A model generated the notes under the pieces. That model made no database searches, was not told the origin of the DNA, and saw only the letters and a program-made list of their open reading frames with translations. A stretch of DNA of 64,000 nt from a virus. Numbering within the stretch: the stretch's first letter is position 1; each line of letters starts with the position of its first letter. Position numbers and translations under genes: made by a program. The DNA is taken from positions 16,484-80,483 of IMG/VR virus record IMGVR_UViG_3300046673_000114. One strand, written 5' to 3'. Shown piece after piece: positions 40,309-52,300 of this stretch.

Positions 40309-40338
40309 CATAGGTGAAGAAATGACCTGCTACGAAGA

Positions 40339-40494
40339 CTACGACTTTGGGCGCAGTGCTTCTCTCACCGCGTCAAGGGTGGGCTTTCGCTTGTCGCTAA
40401 ACCGTCCCAAGACGAGCACGACTTTCGAGGTCAGGGCATCAATGATATTGTGAGGCCTCTCATATGTTGTTAATAAGAAAATAAACTGAGCCAT
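40339..40494 (-). pseudogene. Fragment resembling the C-terminal domain of cellular pentapeptide-repeat proteins
   Basis: MAQFIFLLTTYERPHNIIDALTSKVVLVLGRFSDKRKPTLDAVREALR; family recalled from memory. Confidence 0.6.
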
Positions 40495-40800
40495 CTCAAA
40501 CCCACACGTGGATAGCGGTAATTGAGAAAGAGCATAAGAAAATAGGCTATATTCTTATCACGAAGGAGATTATGAGAAAATTTAGTGGGTGATAATATTG
40601 GACGATAAAGAGATATTAGATAACGTACTAGAGCTAGCAAAAGTTTACGCTATGCCGGGTATGCCCGGCGCACATCGCTTTACGCAAGTGTGTGAGTTTA
40701 TCGTTGGGAGTAGAGCGGAGAACATACCTAAAATTGATAAGCGGTTAACTGCGCTAGAAGCTGAAATAGGTGCACTTCGCTGTTTAATTGCTAAGAAAGA

Positions 40801-41283
40801 ATGAAACAAGAAGACGCCTATAAAATCGCCGAGAAACACTGCACAGGGATTCGGTGGGACGGAAGCCCGTCAATCAGTCACATAAGACGAACCGCGCAGC
40901 TCACCGAGGACATAGTTAGGGACGTTTTTAACGAAGACTATCTTAACGTAGTTAAATGCGCGGCGATACTTCACGACGTGATTGAGGATTGTTTAGATAA
41001 AGATGAGTTTGATAACTCCGCGCTTGACGATGTTATAATTTTTGACGACGTACATAGCGGGTTATTAGAGATAGTTTCTACACTTACACATCGTAAAGAT
41101 GAACCTTATGAGAACTATATTAGTAGAGTTATTAATTCGCCCAATCTAGCCCCAACGTGTATTAAAATAGCCGATATGATAGATAACTTAACCTCTAAAG
41201 GTGTAACCCTAAAGCAGCAGGCTAAGTATCGGAGAGCGCTACCGCGGTTAATTAAACGAATGTCTGGATTAGAAAAGAGGTAG
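40801..41283 (+). CDS. HD-domain hydrolase (SpoT/MESH1-like)
   Basis: H....R..G.P...H, AAILHDVIED, LT, IKIADMIDNL. Confidence 0.85.
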   Translation: MKQEDAYKIAEKHCTGIRWDGSPSISHIRRTAQLTEDIVRDVFNEDYLNVVKCAAILHDVIEDCLDKDEFDNSALDDVIIFDDVHSGLLEIVSTLTHRKDEPYENYISRVINSPNLAPTCIKIADMIDNLTSKGVTLKQQAKYRRALPRLIKRMSGLEKR

Positions 41284-41284
41284 A

Positions 41285-42546
41285 ATGAAAGCTCTTTGTC
41301 ACGTTTCGTATGAGCTAAAACCTAAAAAACCGTCACTAGCCGCCGGAAAAGTATTCGGTAGCTTTGGGTTAGACTCGGAACAGGGTAAGCGCGAGTATGT
41401 GAAACCATTCACTCTCGAGTTTAAAGAGAGAGACATTATTGCGTTTGTTGGCACCTCTGGAACTGGTAAAACAACCTGCTTACAGCAGCTAAAAGCGCAA
41501 ACGCTCGGGCTCGACCTAAACGAGTTAGTTTTCGATAATGATAAAACCGTTATAGAACATTTTAATGATTATGACGTTGGGCTAAAGAACCTAAGCATTT
41601 GTGGTCTAGCCGAAGCGCAACTTTTTATGCGGTATCCATTCGAGCTAAGCGACGGGCAAAGGTATAGGTTTAGAATGGCTCTCGGGCTTAGCGATAAACG
41701 AAACGTGTTAGTGTGCGATGAGTTTCTAGCCACGTTAGACCGGATAAGCGCGAAAACTATTGCGTTTAGCATTAGAAAACTAATTTCGAATAGCGATAAA
41801 ATCTTAGCGATAGCCACCACACACGAAGATATTCTCGAAGACCTGCAACCGAACATAATCGTTAATTTCGGCCCCGAAGGCGTAGAAATCGCGAATAAAG
41901 AGATAATTAAAAAAAAATCTCATTTTATAATAATCTCGTCATTGCACGGGGCTCTAGAGCAGATTGGAACCGGTTTAGTAAGTGGCACTACCGAGGAAAA
42001 GAAATAGGTTTTTTGAAGTATGCGTATATCCTCATTCACGATGACGAACCGATTGCCTTCTGTGGCTTCTCACCACCGGGGCTCGCAAACTCAGTTAGAA
42101 TTCGTATTTTTCGCGGTAGCTATAAGAAAATGACGACACGAACGGCAGAAATCATTAATTCTAGGTTTATAAACCTAAGTCGTATCGTTATCGACCCTAG
42201 ATATAGGGGTGCCGGAATTGCTAGTGATTTCGTTAAAGCGTGCTGCTTATATGATGATTTAGTAAAAGAGCGATTCATCGAACTTATTACCTCGATGGGA
42301 CAGATAAATCAATTCTGGAAGAAAGCCGGATTTAAAGACTACGGGCAAACGATGAGCGACACCATCGGCGGAACAGTTTCAATCGGCGGTGCTTCGCGAA
42401 AGAAGAAAGCAAAGACCGGGCAACATAATTGGCCCCACGAGAATCAGGGTGGACACGTTCGCTCAGAAACGAAAGCTCAAAGTAAGTTGGCGGTCATGAG
42501 ATACTATCTACTCGATATAAAGAAGGCTAAAGGAGAGAATAAATGA
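41285..42546 (+). CDS. ABC-type ATPase - GNAT (Mom-like) fusion across a -1 slip at A9 (41909-41917)
   Basis: GTSGTGKT, LSDGQ, CDEF; the -1 frame continues DWNRFSKWHY...SRIVIDPRYRGAGIA. Confidence 0.75.
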
Positions 42547-42791
42547 TAAAAATATATTCACTGCCGGTATGTCCGAATTGTAAAGTATTAAAAACCACCT
42601 TAAAAGAACGTAACATTACGTTCGAAGAGGAAGAACTCGGAACACCCAAAGTAAAAACAGAAATGCTTATGCACCACGTTTTTACAGACATGGCACCAGT
42701 ACTTCGTGTTGATGATAAATATTATACCTCTATAGAAATCTTTAATGAAAAAGGAGATGTAAAGGTAGACATACTAAATACGCTATCGTAA
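42543..42791 (+). CDS. Glutaredoxin/NrdH-like protein
   Basis: IYSLPVCPNCKVLK...APVL. Confidence 0.85.
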   Translation: MIKIYSLPVCPNCKVLKTTLKERNITFEEEELGTPKVKTEMLMHHVFTDMAPVLRVDDKYYTSIEIFNEKGDVKVDILNTLS

Positions 42792-43176
42792 AATGGCAGA
42801 CCCTAATACATTAGTAATAAACGACGGAGTAAGCGACTACTCGACTGAACCAATACTAGAACAGTGTCTAACCTGCGAGCACGTAAAACTAGACGACGTG
42901 CAGGGCGGGGGTCTAGTCTATAATGTTACGTGCGGCGCGTTTCATACGCCGTATCTTAAATTCACGGCAGAAGGAGAAGGAGATACACTTGTTGTTACCG
43001 AAGAGCATTGTAAATATCGCGTACGAATAAGAGATGAAAAATGACAACATGGACATTTCCGCCGGAACTCCAAGTGGAAAAGCGATAAACTGTGGAACGA
43101 TTGGCATTGTCTAGTAGAATATTATGGTACGATGTGTTTTCAAAAGAAAAGAAGGACTATATGGCTTCCTTAGACG

Positions 43177-45304
43177 AAAAATCCGCGAGAGAATAGTATG
43201 TGGATACTACACGACACGACATTTACCTTTTTTGATGATGTATTTATTTTTAGTAAAGCGTTCGAAGTAATAGGCCGCCCTAGTTACGTGATTCTTCATT
43301 GGCAGAACGAAAATATTGCACATTCGATTGTTGATGAAGAGTCATATCGACAAACAAAGGATAAATTACATAATTTAGCTAAGAGATTGCTATCGAGAGA
43401 TTTATGGCAAATGGCTGATTATCATAAAGCGCTTGCTAGGCCGATTATAACGCCCGAAGTCGTTGAAAGACTAGAATCGCTTGTAGGCACGCGCATATAT
43501 CGAGACTTAGTCACAGGCATAGAAACGCGCGAAGCCTACTACGGTGAAAAATCGCGAGGGAAAAGATATGACTAAACTAATAATTAGCATAAGTGATGAA
43601 AACATAGCGTGCTGGGAAGAATATAAACTAGATTTAGCTTATGAAGCGCGAAGATGGGCCGAAAAAAGAGAAGTTAAGCTCGGTAAAATAATAATAACCG
43701 ACGATGAAGCTATCTCGGGACTTTTCGACTGCGTAGAAGAGGAAGGAATTTTCTGTTGGGACCTTCTATGGAAAATCGTAGAACGAAATGCTTTAGAAGG
43801 CGAATTAGAGCCACAATAACGAAAAATCCGCGCGGGAATAACATGCCGAATTGTAAAGATTGTGAAAATAACGTATTACCTAACTATTGGCCTCCGTGTG
43901 CGTTTAGCGCGCCTAAGAACATAAAGATGCACGATAAAGAGTGTTCAAAATTTACTCCTATGAAGTTTCCGCATACCTTTTGGCGCGGAATGTCTCATGG
44001 CGGCTGTTACATCATAAACGAAAAAAGAGAGGTCATAAACGACATTAAATTCGGCCCGTATGACTAAAAATCCGCGTGTGAGAAGAAATGACTAACGAAT
44101 CGTTTGATATAATAACAGAAATTAAATACGCCGACCGTATAACAGGGGATATCGTCGAATATGCTAAAGGCATGGACTCTACAGGAAAAATACATTATTT
44201 CTTATTAGAACCGATGGGTACTAAAACTCGCTGGACTGAATTAAACGAATATGCCTATGAGAAAAATAAATTCGATATGAAAGATTTATTTATGATTGTT
44301 CCGAACGAAATAAACCACGTAAAGACTCTCTAGACTAAAAAATCCGCGTGTGAGATGAAATGACTAACGACACACAATTTATTATAAAAACATTCCATAA
44401 CGATAGTGTGTATATTAACGACGCTATAGACTTAGAAATATCCGACGTAGGCGAATACGACCTTTTAGCCTTAATGAGATTAATCATAATAGAACTAGAG
44501 ACTCGGCATCTAATCCCGCAAGATATGGCGTATGAATACTAAAAAATCCGCGAGTGAGCTAAACGATGATTAAAAAGTCTAAACGAACCGAAACTAAAGA
44601 AGTCGAGGACGTTACCTACATCTGCGACCGCTGTGGTAAGGCGGCAAAACGAGGCAATTATACTCCCGCACTTCGAGAATGTTGCATATGTGGTCGGTGG
44701 ATTTGTCGTTCCTGCGCTATCGGTTTTGACTCACTTGAATACGAGGGGTATGCTTATGACCGCCCGTATTATCGTGCCTGTCGTGAATGTTTAGATGCTG
44801 GCGATTATAGGCAACGAATAAAAGAAGCACAAGAAAACGCAGATATGATAAAGGCCGCTGTTTTAAAAGAATGGAGAATGGCGTCTAAAGTGAAAAATTT
44901 CGCGAGAGAGTAGAATAATGAGCCTAAGAGAAGTACCATGTATCACCTGTAACTATAACATGGAATATTACACTCGTAGTAACGGAAGACTAGAACACTG
45001 TGGAGCGAAATGTCTTCGATTAAGAAAAAGGAGAGCCGTGTATCTAAAAAACAATGGTTGGGTTTGTTGGCATCGTAAATGTGGCCCGAATCAACTAGAA
45101 ATCGATAAAAGAAGGCTATAGCGCCTCTAGACCCTAAAAAATTCGCGCGTGAGTAGAATAATGAGTAAATGGAGAAACAGATTAAAGAACGAATACGGTA
45201 AGAGTATATTATTATGTTGCTATGATAGGATTCTCTCTAATGAAGAATTAGCTAAACACTACATTAAAGTTAGAAATGCTGTTAACGTATATTGGCTATC
45301 ATAA
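43177..45304 (+). repeat. Eight consecutive small genes, each preceded by an AAAAAT(C/T)CGCG-like motif
   Basis: Motifs near 43177, 43547, 43822, 44066, 44338, 44542, 44893 and 45137; ATGs at 43198, 43568, 43843, 44088, 44360, 44566, 44918 and 45161. Confidence 0.9.
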
Positions 45305-46954
45305 GCATATATAAAGAAAATCTATATTTTTATTACTAATCATACTACTATTTTTGTATATACGAAAATTATCTCTCTTTTTATTCACATTTGTTATTTA
45401 AAACGATAAAATAACTATATTTTCTTGATGAATGAGAAAAGCTTGCTAAGGCTATCATTTTAACGAAAGAAAGCTTCTGCTGTCTGCGTTATATAGAGAG
45501 CAACGCGAAGTAACAGAAGAAAAACATAGCTCAGGCGCCTCCAGCGACCTACTAAACTGAAAAAACATAGCTCGACCCTCTCGGCATACATCTTCACACA
45601 CGAAAGGTATTAGGGTGGCGTATCATCCCTATAACGGCCTTCTTTGCACTTCGAAAAAAGAAAGGATAAGGTAGTTGCTAGGTGACGCTACATATCGATA
45701 GGTAGGGGTCGAAAAAAGAAAAGAAAGAATAACATCCGGCGAAGTTTAGGTTTAGGGGCTGTGAAGCGCTTCGATACCTCTTTTTCTAGATGAGCACCTA
45801 AGGTTAATAATGAATAACGCCTACACTTCTTTCTTTTTTCTAACGAAGCAATATGTCTCGGGTAAGTTCTTTAACGAAGCCCGTAGCGGCCATTTCTGAA
45901 AATGTTGATAAAGAGAAATAACGGTGACTGCCACACCTTCCGTTAGCGCTTTATTCCCGCGATGTAGGAACAATGCTCATCGGTGCGTGTGGTCGAGGCC
46001 GTTAAGATACAAAAGAAGGGTAAGGTATCTTCATCACCACGACTCGCGCGATGAACGTGCGGGTAGGTAACGGACAACAGAACGGACAACCAACGGACAA
46101 CTAATCGGCCACTCTCAACCCGACCACCCGGCTACAACCGATGACTCATTGGGTGGTGTGGCATTGGTGGAGTGTGGGCCTAGAGGCAAGAAGGCCACTA
46201 GGGGTAGTATGTCACCCACTACACCATTAGACATAGCCACACTCTCCTTCTCTTCATCACGAGACGAGGGTGAGTCGGGTGGGTGAGGGCGAGTCGCGGG
46301 TAGAAGGCCACTCAGCGACTTGGCCACTATGCCATCCGAGAAGGTAGGTGTAGTCTATAGATAGGCGGGTGGTGTAGAGTAGACTGATGGGTGTGATAAG
46401 GTGGTGGGCTAAAGGCCACACGGCCACGTGGGCCACATAGCAACAGAGATGAGGCTAGTCTTTGTTAGTTCGTGCATCGAAGAGACGACGAGCGATGGGC
46501 TAGGGAAAGAAATACTAGCAAGGCAACTATAGTATCATCCCTTTATTAATTCTTTAACCCAACCGAGCCACCGGCCTAGGTAGGGGGGTAGGTATACACG
46601 GAGAGTAGTTACGGGTGACATATCTTGGGCTATAGGCCGACCGACGGATAAAAGGCCGGCGTTATGGCGACCAATTAAAAGAAATCTGCTGGAAAAAATG
46701 AGTCTCGCCACCAATCAGGGCGTGCAAACAGGCAATACGCCCTTCGGGAACGGCGTCAATTTTTCGGAATTCTCTAGAATCTTCGTAGTAAATTCGAAAG
46801 TAGCAAAACGGCGATTCGGTTTCCTAGGCGGTGATAATTTTTCCGAAAATCGAGTCGAGTAAGGAATCGTGCCTTTATATACCCCTACTCGTGTTAACAT
46901 ATGTTAATTTCCTTTACGAAATATATATAACATATTCCGCACTATAGAAATTAT
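45305..46954. other. Long non-coding region; candidate packaging/terminus region
   Basis: No credible ORF; AACGGACAAC x3, GGCCAC x7, G run at 46583, flanking A/T tracts. Confidence 0.45.
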
Positions 46955-47170
46955 ATGTGGACGTGCAGTTGCGGTAGAAACTTTATCGCTCGACCTGACG
47001 CTACGGGTGAACTACGAACAAAGTGCAGTACGTGTCTAAGTGAAGAGCACCGTAAACTTCCCGAAGTTATGGAACAAACGCGCGCGCGAGAAAGAAGATG
47101 GTATGCTAAACATATAGACTACCGGCGAGAGTATCAGCGAAATTATCGCGCGCGTCGTAGGGGTGCGTAA
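46955..47170 (+). CDS. Zn-ribbon/basic helix protein resembling the HNH N-termini without a nuclease domain
   Basis: CSC...CSTC + RERRWYAKH..YRREYQRNYR; own TATA box. Confidence 0.5.
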   Translation: MWTCSCGRNFIARPDATGELRTKCSTCLSEEHRKLPEVMEQTRARERRWYAKHIDYRREYQRNYRARRRGA

Positions 47171-47432
47171 CGGTGGCCCACTGTGCGGGTTGCGGTAAGA
47201 CGTTTATCGCGAAGAAAAAGAAATTGGCTCGAGCTAATAAACGAATATTCGAAGCGCATACGCTATGTTCGCTATGTAAGCATAAAGAATATAATAAGGC
47301 GTGGAGAGATAAAGTTGTTATCTAAGGTAGTGATGGAAATTGGAATATATTTCATAAGCGGTATTCTAGCGATAGGACTTATAATTACTGAAACTCTTTT
47401 ATTTATAGAACTAAAGCTTAAGAACCAAAAGA

Positions 47433-48188
47433 ATGCCACGTAGAGCGCCAATTTGGGGTCTTGAACATCTTTCAGATGATGAATACAAGACATCTTTAGA
47501 GGGTCGATATAAGGATAGAGAACTCCCGACAGAAGCCACACTAAAAGCGCGTAAGGAAAGCCAAGAGAAACGCGAAAAAATAGTTATAGTTGGCATAGAC
47601 CTCGGAAAGGAGGTTGATGCAACTGTTTTAGCCATCGTCGAACCAACCGAGAACTACGAAAATCCTATTTATCTAGTGCACAATGTTATCCCCGTCCGCT
47701 TAGGGACAAGTTACGCAACGATAATAAGTAGTGTTGCGGCACTCGACGAACAGCTTCGTCTCCGTAAGAACGCAATTGATGTTAAGTACGTAGTAGACGC
47801 CGGGGGTGCGGGGGGCGTCGTCGATAGTCTCGAAGAAGCGCTGCCTAAAGCGGATATTTATAAGGTGCATATAACCTCGGGGTACGAATCCACTATCCAT
47901 GATGATTTTAAAATCGGGCTCCCTAAACGCGAGTGGGTCACCACCCTTAAAAAAGTATTAGAAGCGAAAAGAGTTAGGTTTCATTATATCGACGACGACG
48001 GTAGAAGAGATTCGGGGATGAGACTCTTAGAAAACGAAATTAACAATTTTCAGATGAAGATTTCTCAAACGGGATACGATAAATACGAAGCAAGTAGCGG
48101 ACATCACGACGACGCGGTTCAAGCATTAGGGTTAGCCATCTGGTTCGGCGAGCGTGAAGCGGGGCGTGGGCCGTTACGAATATGGTAG
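47433..48188 (+). CDS. Terminase large subunit, RNase H-like nuclease domain as a separate gene
   Basis: VGIDLGKEVDAT, LGTSY, VVDAGGAG and GHHDDAVQAL. Confidence 0.88.
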   Translation: MPRRAPIWGLEHLSDDEYKTSLEGRYKDRELPTEATLKARKESQEKREKIVIVGIDLGKEVDATVLAIVEPTENYENPIYLVHNVIPVRLGTSYATIISSVAALDEQLRLRKNAIDVKYVVDAGGAGGVVDSLEEALPKADIYKVHITSGYESTIHDDFKIGLPKREWVTTLKKVLEAKRVRFHYIDDDGRRDSGMRLLENEINNFQMKISQTGYDKYEASSGHHDDAVQALGLAIWFGEREAGRGPLRIW

Positions 48189-48846
48189 TAGAAAGATGTA
48201 GAGTAGCACTTGCTAATCTTATCGATTCACAAAACACGCGATTAGCAAAACTACCGCGCGCACGAAAAGATAGAGCGCCATTTCGAAAGCGGCGGTACGC
48301 GGGGTGGATTCTCACAGGTCCCGACGTAAAAACTAAAGTCTTTATTAGACAGTATCTAAACGGCGAAGTTAGGTAACGCAGGTGTTAAATGTTCGTCTGT
48401 GAGTATTGTAAATTCCCGATTAAACACACCGAATTCGGTTTCTCGACCGGCGATGGAAAAGTATGGCATAATGATTGTCTTGTTAAACAACTATTCGGCG
48501 AGGTAAAGGATGAACTACGAGAAGATGAACGTCCGGCAACTCTTAGAGAAAAGTAAAGAACTCGACCACGAACTACAAAATATTAATCAGGTTCTTTCTA
48601 AAAAATTAGAGCAGTTTTATAAACTCACTGAAGACGAGAATTTTGATTCTCCTTACTATTGGCAGATATATGACGCAACATTCGGCACGGCGAGTAAAGT
48701 ATAAAAGGAAATACAATAATGAGAGAAGTGCGTTGTAAGTTAGACAACATCTTAGTTCAGTTCGCCGACGTCGCAGGCACGATACCTAAAAAGTGTGTTA
48801 CCTGCGAATTTCTGCGTTCCGAAGCGAAAGTTAGTTGGTGTACGCA

Positions 48847-49245
48847 ATGAACTGTTCGGGACTCTGTTGCGCGACATATGCAGTTATCCCGCTTCGAGCG
48901 GGAGAAGCTAATCGAATAGCAGAGTACCTAGAAATCCCAATAGACGAGTTTCGTGAGAACTACATTCAACCGTGGCGAAAAGAAGCACATTACGAAAGCG
49001 CTAGAAATGGCGATATGCTTGCTGAAAGCTTTAAGATTAGTCCTGCGTGCGCCTTCTGGACAACCGGACTATGCGGAATACACGAAGTAAAGCCACTCAC
49101 TTGTAAACTCTTCGCGCCTGCGTGCGTCGCGCACTCGTGGCTCGAGCGCGAAGAATGCGTACAGAAGCATAAAGACCGACTTAAAAGACAGGAACATTAT
49201 CTAAACGTAAACATTTTAAGGGACTATTATGGTAAAGGAAATTAA
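48847..49245 (+). CDS. YkgJ-family cysteine-cluster protein
   Basis: CSGLCC...CAFW...LCGIHEVKPLTCKLF. Confidence 0.8.
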   Translation: MNCSGLCCATYAVIPLRAGEANRIAEYLEIPIDEFRENYIQPWRKEAHYESARNGDMLAESFKISPACAFWTTGLCGIHEVKPLTCKLFAPACVAHSWLEREECVQKHKDRLKRQEHYLNVNILRDYYGKGN

Positions 49246-49394
49246 AGTAGCACATAAGAAACTCGACATTAGCGAGTTACGAGCAACGCTTAAAGAACTA
49301 GCGGAAGACACGGTCTTCGAGGACTTCGACGATTTTACAATTTCTATAGTCGGTAAAGAAGTACCCCCTAAAGAAGTAAGGCTAGTATTCTAAG

Positions 49395-52300
49395 ATGGCC
49401 CCGCTAAGCACGGCAACAAGCGTAGCAATATCCTTACCAGCAATAGTAATTGCTTTTTGGTTAACAACAACGCACTTCGCGCAGCCCACTACGCTATTCG
49501 GCTTCATAGGCGCGGGTATCGTGGTATACCTACTGTTCTTAGTCTTCTGCTTAATTATCGGGGTGCCTATGTATCTACTATCGGAGCAAATAAACAAGTG
49601 AGCACGAGACAAAACGATTTTTTCACCTACGCGGAGTTTATTATGATGTTGATTATTATATTCGGCATCTACTATGGTGCGATGGTGGTAGGTAGATGAT
49701 AGAACTCCTTAAGCGAATCTGGTATAGAATAAAAGGATTTAAGGTATTCAAAAACACCGGCTATGAGATTCTAGCAATATCAGGTAACGATTGGATAAGC
49801 ATACAATATTCAAACCAACGCGGCGAGAAGCCGATAGACATCTTAACAGATAAAGACGCGCGGATAGTTATAGGCCCATTCCCGGCACGGAAGTTCGGTA
49901 AGAGTCTTTTCGTAGACGCTGGAAAAAATAACGTAGAGCGAATAAAAGTCCCGAGAGTATAGATGAGAATAACAATAACCTGTCCCGATTGTAACACCCA
50001 AATGGTGTTCTTTCACGGCGATATTATAAACAACCAGAGAGCAACAATAACCGCTCAGTCTGAATGTCCTATATGCGCGGCGCATTTCGTTGTAACGGTA
50101 ATCATAGAGCGAGAACGGTTAACAAGTGTTAACTTCGAAGAAGACGATGAGGACGAAGATGGAAGGTAAGTATTGGATGTATTTCATCCTCGGGCTACTC
50201 GTGCTTTTAATAGCCGCTGGCGCGCTCGGGTGGAAATGAAAGAGATTTGGCTCGAGAAGCCGACGTTCTCCGGTCGAATACCTAATACATTAATTAGAGG
50301 GTATGTATTTCCCGACCGATACTATGAACATACGTGGGTGCTTTGTGCAGACCTCACCGATGAAACGTTAGAAGAGGAATTCGATGGGATTTTGTCAAGA
50401 GGATGAAGAAGAGAGAGACGGTAGCGACGATGCGTGTACCGTTGGTAAAGATGAAACCGGCGAAGAGATAGCCACGTGTGAAGAGTGCTGTTTATTCGAA
50501 GAGCGAGACTAAATGCTAAAAGACTATAAACAACCAATCGTCTACGCGCAAAACGACTTAGCTATTCTTAGAAGTAAAAAAATGGTCATAGGGGTTTCTT
50601 ACGAACTCGAAATGGACGCCGAGGCGTGGGTATTCACCAAGACAAGTAAAAACATAATCGAAATTCGTAGTCGTAAAGACGATAAAAAAGAGAAAGGGAC
50701 TAAGAAAAAGAAAGTGAAATCAGTAAAGCCAGCAGAGATACTCAATGAAACAGACGCCGAAGCCGTGTGAGAGCTGTAGATTTTATAATGGGTTTAATAT
50801 GCCGCTAAGCGGAAAGCATTACTTTTGTTGGCTAAAGCATCGCCCTCGTAACGACGAATGTAATCATTTTTTAGAACTATGACGATTTGCGAAACATGCA
50901 CAAATGAAAAGTGTCCGTATCCTAAAGATTATAGACTTCTTAAAAGTAGGTACGGAAGTTGTATTCACTTTCGAGAGAGGGAAACTAAATGGGAATCTGT
51001 ACCGTAGTATCACAACAAATGGAGATACACACGGCCTCGTATATCACGAGAGCCATAGATAACGAACCGGCTTTCATAGCTGAAGAAATAATTGCACGTG
51101 TTTCGAAGATGCACAACGACGTACTAGCTGGAAAACTTGAGGTAGACGAAATTAAATTTTCGTGGCCGTATTAAAATGAGATATAGCGTCGCTGGCGGAA
51201 AGGGTGTTAACGTCTCCGTTCACATCACGAAACCAGACCTTTCACACGATAAATATTATGAGTCTACCGTGTGCTTCGAAGCACCGAAAGACTTTAACGT
51301 AGGCATATACGCGGAAGCACTTTTACAACTTACTGAAAAGGCATTACGAGGTGAAGACCTCGGCGTGAGGTTTACTAAAGAAAGCATATGTCACGAAAAC
51401 ATAAAGAAACTGCCGAAGTACCGCGGGTAAATCAAGAAAAGAACGCCGTACCAATACCCTCGTCGGTTAGCGTTAGTGACTCGCTTGATGAATTAAAAGA
51501 CTTATTCGCGAAAGCTTTCGAGCACGAGCACTCAAAAAAGATACTCCTAGAAGCGATTGAGAAACTAACTGGTCAAATAGATGAGTGTAATAAACAGCAC
51601 GAGGAAGACCAAGCGATAATTAACATTCTTCTTAATACCCTCGAATACGAGCCGAAACTAACGCGGTTTAGAACATGGTTGAAGAAATAACCTGCCCGTA
51701 TTGTCAAAGTCCTTTAGACATAAAGGGTGCTTTTAGAAATGCTATCGTTATCGTAAGCTGTAGTAAATGCGAGAGCTGGTGGCTTACGGTGCCGAATCGA
51801 TTTACGCGAGAACTTAAGGCTTTGCTTCTCGAGAAAGCAACGTTGCGAGAACGGCTTTTCGGTATTAAATATAAAGGAGAGAATAAATGATGGAGAATAT
51901 ACCTATAGACGACGCGGCGATTCGAGACGGATTTGTTCATAATCTTCTTATCGTTATCGGCGCGATTACAGCCGCGGAGATGAATAAGAACGGCCGACAG
52001 ATGGTATTCAACACGCTAATAGAGTTAATGGCGTACCTACAGAACCCTTCAAGCGTTACCGAAGTTACACCCGTAGCGCCTATGAATATGTATCAGTAAT
52101 ATGTCAATAATGAAATACATAGGAGTTAGAAGCCTATATAGCGGTAAGGATATGGTGGTCGATAAGAGACCCACCTTTATGAACGAAACTTGCGTAGAGT
52201 GCTGCTTTAGTACTATACGCGCGACGCCCGACCTAGACGGGAAGATTCGAGACGCGTGGCGGTGCGCGATACGACACCATGAAGAAGCCTCTAGTTGTGA

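Noticed and set aside
43177-45160. CRISPR array or classical integron
   Set aside because: Repeats are ~11 bp with 200-370 bp coding spacers; no attC-like palindromes, cas genes or integrase.
39652-47432. Intron or intein joining the terminase halves
   Set aside because: No recognisable group I/II core, bulge-helix-bulge or intein motifs; the interval holds many ordinary genes.
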